Below are positions 56,547-64,000 of a stretch of DNA of 64,000 nt, in pieces (position 1 is the stretch's first letter; each line of letters starts with the position of its first letter). The position numbers were made by a program, and so were the translations under genes. The DNA comes from a virus, in IMG/VR virus record IMGVR_UViG_3300008108_000181, positions 17,197-81,196 of that record, one strand, 5' to 3'. The notes below the pieces were generated by a model. That model did not search any database. It had not been told where the DNA came from and saw only the letters and a program-made list of their open reading frames with translations.

Positions 56547-56944
56547 TCGTTCTTAATTATTCTATACTATCTTTTATATTACCGAATTTCTCCATATCAA
56601 TATCATCTACCTTAATGTATGCACCACTCGGTTTTCCATCTTTTCCCATAATCATAAACACATTTCCCGAATCTTGGGCAGTGTTTATGATTTCGGTAGT
56701 GTAAGTGGGATTGAGTTTCAACATATATTGAATAGTATCGTTCATCAAAACCATCATTGTTTATCTTCTTTACTTTCTTTAAACTTTAATGTAGCGAGAC
56801 CAGTTGAAAATGATATGATAATACCAATCAATAGGTTTAACCAGTATGGTAAATGAGGAGAAGAGATGGCCATGGTGAATCCAAATACGAATACTATTGG
56901 AAGAAAGTTCCATTTTACGAGGTTGATAAATTTTTTCATATGAT

Positions 56945-57178
56945 TTAAACTGTTTTTTGTGCTAAAACTTTTAATTTAACTTTATTTCTTTTATCTATAT
57001 GGTAATTGTACCAACTTTCAGCTACGGATTGGGAATAAAATGTAGCTCCATTTTCAGAGTGTTCTTCAAAATAGTCAGTCCAGTACCCAAATATATTACA
57101 TTTTTGTACTTTCCAAAATGGTTTACCATCATTAGTCCACTTATCTTCTATCTCTAATAACCTATAAGTTCGCTTCAT
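56945..57178 (-). CDS. Hypothetical protein
   Basis: ORF track. Confidence 0.6.
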   Translation of the reverse strand: MKRTYRLLEIEDKWTNDGKPFWKVQKCNIFGYWTDYFEEHSENGATFYSQSVAESWYNYHIDKRNKVKLKVLAQKTV

Positions 57179-57183
57179 AACTT

Positions 57184-57729
57184 ATTTCTTTTTAGTTGGT
57201 TTTTTATATTTTTTCAAATTTAAAAAATTGATTAAGTTTTGCATTAGTAGGTGCATGATTGGAAACTCTAGCACTATCTCGAGAATATGTATATGGTCTA
57301 CGATTCTCAAACTTACCACCTCCCATTAAGTAGGTAAAATCATTCCAATCTAAAATATGGATTTGACAATCAAATTGTTTTTCCAAATCTTCAAGATGTT
57401 CACCAACACTCATGTGTATAGGTGAATAAGGATGTAGAATATAGATATTTGTTAATCCATACTTACGAATATATTTCCAACATTTATGTGGAAGCTTATC
57501 CCCAATCGAACCACTTATTCCTTGTGCAATACAATCCATGTGAAATGTACCATTGATGATGAAATCAATACCAGAAGAAAATCGTTTATATACAATTCCC
57601 ATAGATGTTAAGTATTTTTCAACTCTATCTTCTAATGCCCTTCCTCTTTCATGTACTTGTTCGGTAAATTGTACAATACGAGTCTCCCCTATTTTAGTAA
57701 GTGTTCTCATTTCTTTTTAGTTGGTTTTT
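57184..57729. repeat. 21-bp perfect direct repeat flanking the nuclease-like gene
   Basis: atttctttttagttggttttt at 57184-57204 and 57709-57729. Confidence 0.9.
57204..57710 (-). CDS. PD-(D/E)XK-like nuclease (tentative)
   Basis: GRALEDRVEKYL...GIDFII....DC..Q..SGSI.DKLP. Confidence 0.6.
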   Translation of the reverse strand: MRTLTKIGETRIVQFTEQVHERGRALEDRVEKYLTSMGIVYKRFSSGIDFIINGTFHMDCIAQGISGSIGDKLPHKCWKYIRKYGLTNIYILHPYSPIHMSVGEHLEDLEKQFDCQIHILDWNDFTYLMGGGKFENRRPYTYSRDSARVSNHAPTNAKLNQFFKFEKI

Positions 57730-58517
57730 CAGTAGGTTCACTTAAATCTTCATCAAAAAGGTCTTCACCTTTGTAATCGGGATGATTCTTACTCATGTAA
57801 TCAATTCCATTGACCCATTGGATACCAATGAATACTGAAACCAATACACATACAAATATACTAATTACTAGTTCCATATTGTTTTTGTTTATCGTTTATT
57901 ACGCAATCCTTTAATTCCATCCATGAGTACCATTACACAAAAGGTCAAGGTTACGATTGATAATGCAAATGTCATTAAGTCCATATCTTATTGATTTTTA
58001 ATAGTCACAAATATACAAATTATTTTTCACAATTCCAAATTAGAAGTTTGACCAACTGAAACTTTCAGAACCACAAGAACATTTAAATTGTCTTGCCCAC
58101 TTACCAAGGGTGAAGTTGTAGGTTCTCACACTTTTTTTATTACAACGATAACAGTTGCATGATTTCTTTTCGGTGTTGTGGTATCTGGCCATATCTTTTA
58201 TATTTTAAGTTTCTTTCTCATTACTCTACTAATATACGAAATGTTTTTCACATTTCCAAACGCTTTGATAAAAAAGATAAAAAATAAACCTACCACACTT
58301 GAGACCGATATGAGAGAGATAAAAGTGTGTGGTAGGTGATCCTGACGGATACTTGGGATAGGAGAGAATGGCCTCAAAAAATAAGGGAGATGAAGTATCC
58401 GGCTTTCTTTGCTCCCCAAATGGGAAACTGTCACGCAATCGGTTTTATTATTTGCTGGCTTCAACTTCATCTTGGTATTATACACCGTTAGAGTAGTATC
58501 TCAATCACGGCTTGGTC

Positions 58518-58700
58518 TTATACCCTTTTGGTATAAGAGTTAATTAGTAGTATGGTGGTTAATACCGAACATACAATGATTAATGTTAGTGGGTCTGCAA
58601 TCCATAGAAGGGCAAGACCACATATTGTCATGATGATTGGTTCTACGGAAATCAAGAACACAACAAGGACAGCGAGAGTAAGGGGGATGTACTTTAACAT
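58518..58700 (-). CDS. Small hydrophobic membrane protein
   Basis: Almost entirely hydrophobic; promoter at ~58728. Confidence 0.55.
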   Translation of the reverse strand: MLKYIPLTLAVLVVFLISVEPIIMTICGLALLWIADPLTLIIVCSVLTTILLINSYTKRV

Positions 58701-58778
58701 AGTTTTATCTTTTATCTTTTATAACATTACAAATATACGAAATGTTTTTCACAATTCCTACTATTTTGGAAAATATTT

Positions 58779-59015
58779 TTAGAAATTATATGCATTCCAA
58801 ATTCTTTCGGCTGGAGCGAGGTATTGTTCACCAACTCTATGGTTATGTTCCTTATTCAGTTCATAAGGAGAAGGTAGTACCTCCATAGTACAAGTACCAT
58901 GATAAGGATGTATACTAATCAACTTTGCCCGTAGGGTTGGGGAGAAGTTATCTGAAACCGGGAATCCAATTCTTGATTTGAGTTCTTCTGCGTAGTTTAT
59001 TCTGAAACGGTTCAT
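58779..59015 (-). CDS. Hypothetical protein
   Basis: ORF track. Confidence 0.6.
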   Translation of the reverse strand: MNRFRINYAEELKSRIGFPVSDNFSPTLRAKLISIHPYHGTCTMEVLPSPYELNKEHNHRVGEQYLAPAERIWNAYNF

Positions 59016-59433
59016 ATTAGTTATGGTTTAAGGTCCAAACTCCATTTTCCATCATTGAAGTAAATACCTTTCGTGGCATTACTCTTTCTACTCCATTGGG
59101 GAATAGGACCAGGACGATTGATTGTCCGTAGTGTAACCAGGTTCGGGTGATGTGGGGTTGTGTCATATCGTTTATGGTTTATCTCTTATTACTCTACTAA
59201 TGTACGAATAAAAGCTCACAATTCCAAATTTTTTAGGAATTATTTTTTGCTCTTCTTATGGCTAGAATCATATTGAAAGCCTCTAGTTGAGCTTCGGTAG
59301 GAGTGTATCCATTGTTCAGAGCTTGGTACTGATAAGTTTCATATAATTTTTTCTCCTTCGGACTGAGGGAAGAAAAGAATTCAAAGTTGGGGTTAATCTT
59401 ACTCATATCTTTTTAGTTTTAATGTTTTAATAA

Positions 59434-59670
59434 TTAAGGGGCCATCAACCATTGTGAATAAACTTCGTCATAAGTGACACCCATGATTTCGGATAGTCTA
59501 CTAAACACTCGTTCTCGAATCACACTATCACCTACTCCGATGTACTCATAGACATCTTCGTAGTTATCTAACACTCGGAACAAACCTTCAAAGGTTGCAT
59601 TCTCATTGATTTCGATTCCCATTTCATCTGTCGGGAAGTTCTCAAGGTAGTACTCTCTCATGTTTCTCAT
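59434..59670 (-). CDS. Hypothetical phage protein
   Basis: YYLE.FPTDEMG.EIN..ATF...DSVIRERVF; promoter at ~59692. Confidence 0.7.
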   Translation of the reverse strand: MRNMREYYLENFPTDEMGIEINENATFEGLFRVLDNYEDVYEYIGVGDSVIRERVFSRLSEIMGVTYDEVYSQWLMAP

Positions 59671-59768
59671 ATCTTTTATCTCTTATTACAATACTAATAT
59701 AGAAATAAATGCTGAGAAATACAAGTACTTTATTAAACTTTTTTATAACTACTTGATAATCAAGGAAA

Positions 59769-60011
59769 TTATTTTAAAGATATATGATATTTTTTTAAGG
59801 CCTCTTGGTGTTTTTTATTGATTATTTTAAACCTTCTACCTAAGTCATTTAGTTTTTCTCGTTGGATTCTATCGTACATTTGTTCTTTCAAGATTCCATT
59901 AATCATATCAAATACCTCAAGATCCATAAGGTAACTAGGATATTCCATCATAAGTTCTCTTAACCATTCATCTTGTCGGTAATTCAGGCTCCAGTATTGT
60001 GTCTTTGCCAT
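59769..60011 (-). CDS. Member of the small paralogue family
   Basis: LNYRQDEWL...ILKEQMYDRIQREKLNDL. Confidence 0.6.
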   Translation of the reverse strand: MAKTQYWSLNYRQDEWLRELMMEYPSYLMDLEVFDMINGILKEQMYDRIQREKLNDLGRRFKIINKKHQEALKKYHISLK

Positions 60012-60027
60012 TCTATAATTACATTTC

Positions 60028-60225
60028 TTAATCTAGTTCTCCATCGTAACGATATTCAACCTCATCTCTATATGAGGTAACATCTTGTTGGTGTTCTACA
60101 CCATCACATTCGTCCCAAGGACAATCTTCAACTTTTTCTAAAGCTTCTTCATATGTTTCAGCTTCAACATGGAGGGTCCAAGCCTCTTCCACATATCGTT
60201 CGGCAATAATAATAAATTTTGGCAT
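60028..60225 (-). CDS. Small acidic protein (VEAETYEEA motif)
   Basis: Resembles the C-terminal part of 60237..60815. Confidence 0.65.
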   Translation of the reverse strand: MPKFIIIAERYVEEAWTLHVEAETYEEALEKVEDCPWDECDGVEHQQDVTSYRDEVEYRYDGELD

Positions 60226-60236
60226 ATTGTGTTTGT

Positions 60237-60815
60237 TTAAATTGTTTCGTAATCTATCTCACCGTAATCATCAAAATCATCGTTCTCATCATGACCCTCA
60301 CCTTCTTCTGCTTTTCTATAAGCTTCACATACACTTCTAGCCATTACCGTATGAGTCCAAGTTTGAACTGCAGTTCTTGAGCATTGAATGGTGTATTCTG
60401 ATTCTTCGTTGTTTTCCCAATCTTCATCATCTTCCTCACATTCATCAGTATTGATTCTTGTTGGAGAATTCTCTCTAGTCATCTTATCACACTCCTCGAT
60501 GATTGAGTTTCGAAACTTTTTCAAATCATCGTATGAGTTAAAATCAAAACTAAATGAACCCACCTCGGAGTTAATAGTAACTTGAACGTGCTCGGGTGTA
60601 TCATTTTGATATTGGTTCTCTCTAACATACCTTACTGAATGTCGGTAGTTCTCGCCGAAATCAACTAATGAATTTTCGGGATACAAAGTATACCATGGCC
60701 AGTTCTCATCCGAACTCTTTACCATCTTATACTCGTTCTCTAACTCTTGTAGTTCTTTAATAACATTGGAATATCGTTTCTCAAAACTACTCTCCCATTT
60801 TTTTGTTCTTTTCAT
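60237..60815 (-). CDS. Acidic hypothetical protein
   Basis: ORF track. Confidence 0.65.
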   Translation of the reverse strand: MKRTKKWESSFEKRYSNVIKELQELENEYKMVKSSDENWPWYTLYPENSLVDFGENYRHSVRYVRENQYQNDTPEHVQVTINSEVGSFSFDFNSYDDLKKFRNSIIEECDKMTRENSPTRINTDECEEDDEDWENNEESEYTIQCSRTAVQTWTHTVMARSVCEAYRKAEEGEGHDENDDFDDYGEIDYETI

Positions 60816-60834
60816 AATTTAAAATAATTTTAAG

Positions 60835-61365
60835 TTATCCCCACCACGAATGTTGGGTCACATTTATTTGTTGATATTTGGTTTTAATTTTATATTTTAA
60901 GTATTGTGAAATAGGGTCATCGTTGGTTTCCAATTTATTCAGTTTGGAGTGCACCCAACCCATGTATGTATTCAATTCAATTTTACATTTTGTATACGAT
61001 TGTTTGTTTAACTTGAGCTGTATATTTTCTTCCTTGGTAGTATAGTGATACGATGCGTTATCCTTGATGAATTGTTTCATAACATCATTACTTAAATTCA
61101 TTTCAATAATTCTTTCAGCTAACCCTTTCAATCCATAGTGATGTTCTTTACATAGATTGGTATGGTTTCCTGAATCAAACACTTGTTCAAATGCTTCTTT
61201 GGAATAATACCCACTAAAAAACTCTTTAGTTTGAGTCATATAAAAAATGTTGTTTCTAATACCATCTACTACATAACGATGTAGATGTGGTGCGGTTTTG
61301 ACAATAGACATGCTATGTTCAATGTACTCCACCAATTCATTTAAGTTTTTAGGTTTATTATTCAT
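60835..61365 (-). CDS. Hypothetical protein, possible His-Me-type nuclease
   Basis: LCKEHH...YTTKEEN pattern. Confidence 0.5.
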   Translation of the reverse strand: MNNKPKNLNELVEYIEHSMSIVKTAPHLHRYVVDGIRNNIFYMTQTKEFFSGYYSKEAFEQVFDSGNHTNLCKEHHYGLKGLAERIIEMNLSNDVMKQFIKDNASYHYTTKEENIQLKLNKQSYTKCKIELNTYMGWVHSKLNKLETNDDPISQYLKYKIKTKYQQINVTQHSWWG

Positions 61366-61375
61366 AACTTATATT

Positions 61376-61651
61376 TTATATACTCATTACTAAATTTATA
61401 TCTAATGAATTCCTTATCCATCTCATTCGTAACTCATTCAACCAATCCTTGTCCGTATCCCAATAGTATCCATCAGATAAAATCGTTGTTACTCTTTTCT
61501 TATATAGATACAAATCAAAATCTTCACCTACTACTTTGATTCTCCCACCCTCATGTCCACCTTTCATATTATCCAACCACTTATTGGTTAGCCAGTATTC
61601 CATGTCTGCCAGATAGTATCTTTGTTTATAACTTAAATTAATTGATTTCAT
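61376..61651 (-). CDS. Member of the small paralogue family
   Basis: LSYKQRYYL...ILSDGYYWDTDKDWLNELRMRW. Confidence 0.75.
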   Translation of the reverse strand: MKSINLSYKQRYYLADMEYWLTNKWLDNMKGGHEGGRIKVVGEDFDLYLYKKRVTTILSDGYYWDTDKDWLNELRMRWIRNSLDINLVMSI

Positions 61652-61722
61652 AATTTTAAAATAAAGTTTTCAACCCTTCACTACAATTCGGACACCCAGT
61701 CAGATATAAAGAGATATAGTTA

Positions 61723-62007
61723 CTATATCCATATATCATCAACAAGATGTACATCTAAAGACTTCTTTAAAAATCTTTCTCTTAACTCATTCAACCATTT
61801 CTTATCAGATTCCGAATACCATCCATATAGAAGAATACCTTCTATCTCCATCTTATATCTTCTTATAGTAGAATCAAGACCATTTACTTTCAATCTACCA
61901 TCATCACCATCTTCAAGGTCTCGGATATAATCTGCATAAACCCAATCCTTTAACTTCTCTAAGAAGTGTCGTTGTTCAAAACTTAAATGTATTCTACTCA
62001 TAGCCAT
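61723..62007 (-). CDS. Member of the small paralogue family
   Basis: LSFEQRHFL...ILLYGWYSESDKKWLNELRERF. Confidence 0.75.
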   Translation of the reverse strand: MAMSRIHLSFEQRHFLEKLKDWVYADYIRDLEDGDDGRLKVNGLDSTIRRYKMEIEGILLYGWYSESDKKWLNELRERFLKKSLDVHLVDDIWI

Positions 62008-62279
62008 ATACCATTAACATAATGTATATCCATAGAATCATTAATATATCTTTCTCTTAACTCATTCAACATATCTCTTTCAACATTAGTATACCAACCA
62101 CCTCCCTCTCGGGAAAGAATATCATTAACATAGAAATAGTACCTACTTAATACCTTTTCCTTACCATTTATCTTAATAGGAGTATCTTCACCCCAAAGCA
62201 TGATTTGAGTATTATGTATCCATAGGGACATCTTTTGTAAATAGTATCGTTGTCCAAAAGTTAGGTTATGTGTCACCAT
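61998..62279 (-). CDS. Member of the small paralogue family
   Basis: LTFGQRYYL...ILSREGGGWYTNVERDMLNELRERY. Confidence 0.75.
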   Translation of the reverse strand: MVTHNLTFGQRYYLQKMSLWIHNTQIMLWGEDTPIKINGKEKVLSRYYFYVNDILSREGGGWYTNVERDMLNELRERYINDSMDIHYVNGIWL

Positions 62280-62286
62280 AGGTTTA

Positions 62287-62511
62287 TTAATTATCTAAAG
62301 AGTAATACTTCCAATCCTTTATCCACTCCTCTCGTATCTCATTCAACATGATTTGGTCAAAGTAATCATAATGACCAAGAGATAGGATAGTCATGATTCG
62401 TTGTATAGTCAAGGGGTCATATCTTCTTTTCAACCATAACAAGTTAGTGGTAGTAATCAACTCTAACCACATCCTTTGTTTATCATTTACCGTTAATGTT
62501 CTTTCTTTCAT
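62287..62511 (-). CDS. Member of the small paralogue family
   Basis: KQRMWL...ILSLGHYDYFDQIMLNEIREEW. Confidence 0.75.
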   Translation of the reverse strand: MKERTLTVNDKQRMWLELITTTNLLWLKRRYDPLTIQRIMTILSLGHYDYFDQIMLNEIREEWIKDWKYYSLDN

Positions 62512-62795
62512 AATTTTAAAATAAGATTTTCAACCCTTCACTCTATGTGTACTATTTACTCTATCGGCTCATCAAGACCCACTTTGCATTAATGCACATT
62601 GTGCACCACCATAGGGGGGTACTACTATGTTTTTTCCTAGAGTGAAAAAGCTAGCCCGCACAATAAAATGTATCCGAGCCCCCTATACAGGAACTTTTAA
62701 AATAGCATTTACAAGAAACTCGGAAGGGTGGCAGCTCCCCTACACCCCTCCACATAGGAAAACTATAAAAACTATAAAGGGAAAAACTATAAAAC

Positions 62796-63038
62796 TTATC
62801 CACAAAATAGTTCCTTAAATGCTTGGGCCTCTCTCATAGTTTCCGCATCCTTCTTAGTACCGCGATTTATGAGTTCTTCCGCCAGGTAGGAATCTACCGC
62901 GAGAATAGCCTTTTCTAAAGTTATATATTTCTTACCTAAAAATTGATTCTTATTCTTAGGGGTCTTGGTCATAGTTACCAAGGTAGGGAAAGACTCCGTA
63001 GGAGTAGATTCTATTAGGATGTTTTTATACTTCGTCAT
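62796..63038 (-). CDS. Hypothetical protein
   Basis: ORF track. Confidence 0.65.
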   Translation of the reverse strand: MTKYKNILIESTPTESFPTLVTMTKTPKNKNQFLGKKYITLEKAILAVDSYLAEELINRGTKKDAETMREAQAFKELFCG

Positions 63039-63050
63039 ATCTTATATTGA

Positions 63051-63584
63051 TTATAGGGATAGTGCCTGAATTACTTTACTTACCACACTCTTATTCATAT
63101 AGGTGAGTTCTTGTTCCAAGGTTCTACCCTCGTTCTTAATCTCGTTCACCCAGTATTCTACCGAACCCCAAGTTGCCTTATTCTCTATAAAGATATAAGA
63201 GGGGAAGTACTTCAGTTGTGTACCACTATCGGTTCTTACCTCCACATCAGAATACTCGTAACAATCTGTCATACCATCGTACCTACCGGCTTTGAAGGAT
63301 GTACCGAAAGAATGGATTTGGGAGTAGATAGGGAGGGAAAGTGGAGAACCATCAGAGTTACACACATTTACTCTCACGGAAGAACCTCCACTATATACAT
63401 CAGAGGTTGCCCACACTTTCACACCGGGAAAGTTCTTCTTCACGAACTGCTTAATCACACTCGCGGTGTTCTTGGCACTCATGTAGATATATTGGGTGTT
63501 GTCCCACTTGTCTACTCGTAGGGAGTTAGAGGGAAGTTCGAAGGTCTGGCCTGAAAGTTGGATTCTGATTTTCTTAGATTTCAT
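63051..63584 (-). CDS. LPD29-like (polyvalent-protein-associated) domain protein
   Basis: AKNTASVIKQFVKKNFPGVKV...YSGGSSVRV...G.YDGMTDCYEY. Confidence 0.6.
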   Translation of the reverse strand: MKSKKIRIQLSGQTFELPSNSLRVDKWDNTQYIYMSAKNTASVIKQFVKKNFPGVKVWATSDVYSGGSSVRVNVCNSDGSPLSLPIYSQIHSFGTSFKAGRYDGMTDCYEYSDVEVRTDSGTQLKYFPSYIFIENKATWGSVEYWVNEIKNEGRTLEQELTYMNKSVVSKVIQALSL

Positions 63585-63713
63585 ATCGTTTAGGGGTTAT
63601 GGTTTATCTCTTTTCTACACTACTAATATAGGGAATATATTCCATATATCCAAATCCTAGAGAAATATTTTTACCACATTTCTCTAAGTATCTGATAATG
63701 AGGAGCATTGTTT

Positions 63714-63995
63714 TTAAAGACGTACCTCAGATAGGTAGTTCTCTAGTCCCATCACCACCACCGGCTTGGAGAACTTCACCTCGTGGTCTATGTACTCATA
63801 AAGGCAATGGTCATTACTCTGTTCCTCCACCATCTTAGTAATGGCGAGTACCAATGCCTTTTTGTCGGCATATAATGCCATATCGGCATCTAGTGGGAAA
63901 TAGAAATCTACTCCACCCTTGGGTTTCCAATAGGGGGTATTGGTGTCAGAGTAGTTCTCATAATACTGGGCGGTTACTTGAATAGTACACATCAT
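63714..63995 (-). CDS. Hypothetical phage protein
   Basis: QYYENY.....YWKPKGG motif. Confidence 0.7.
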   Translation of the reverse strand: MMCTIQVTAQYYENYSDTNTPYWKPKGGVDFYFPLDADMALYADKKALVLAITKMVEEQSNDHCLYEYIDHEVKFSKPVVVMGLENYLSEVRL

Positions 63996-64000
63996 ATCTT

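Noticed and set aside
58198-58485. Overlapping ORFs 58198..58485 and 58229..58438
   Set aside because: They run across a promoter motif and hairpins and have atypical composition; the region is treated as non-coding
60028-60385. Similarity between 60028..60225 and the C-terminus of 60237..60815
   Set aside because: Short acidic module common in phage early regions; likely a simple duplication with too little signal to call a system
149-63521. Plus-strand ORFs in the track (e.g. 2995..3282, 10895..11191, 21289..21663, 63111..63521)
   Set aside because: They lie antisense to well-supported minus-strand genes or tRNAs, or in probable non-coding tracts, and show no recognisable motifs; treated as shadows
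1-64000. CRISPR array, diversity-generating retroelement or retron
   Set aside because: No regularly spaced repeat-spacer series and no reverse transcriptase or cas gene seen; the recurring intergenic motifs are promoters
1-64000. Stop-codon reassignment, as found in some large phages
   Set aside because: Conserved genes are full length in the standard code, TAG and TGA both serve as real stops, and there is no suppressor tRNA

Overview
AT-rich segment of a large contractile-tailed phage genome. Essentially all real genes and tRNAs are on the minus strand. About 18 intergenic TAnnTTTG-type promoters point to a Bacteroidota host. From left to right the window holds: (1) a virion/baseplate block (gp6-, gp25- and gp5-like genes) interrupted by a TonB-dependent receptor plus lipoprotein pair and three tandem peptidoglycan hydrolases; (2) a carbamoyltransferase, a gp55-like sigma factor and nucleotide/auxiliary genes (def, thyA, helicase, uvsE, iscA, Hsp20, HD, NT5C); (3) a ~9 kb operon at 32.5-41.6 kb; (4) phoH, dCMP deaminase and a radical SAM enzyme; (5) eight tRNAs plus two tRNA-like RNAs; (6) an early-type region of small genes with an eight-member paralogue family. 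The best candidate for a new system is the operon in (3). It is led by a polyprotein (permuted ATP-grasp, Hint domain, 80-aa Cys/Tyr-rich peptide, S74 autocleaving chaperone) and followed by unrelated tailoring enzymes that mostly end in the same basic-x-[LI]-[IF] C-terminal tail. The second candidate is an apparently three-way split baseplate scaffold whose pieces each carry a different cell-wall hydrolase. All family assignments come from motif recognition by eye; no searches were run.
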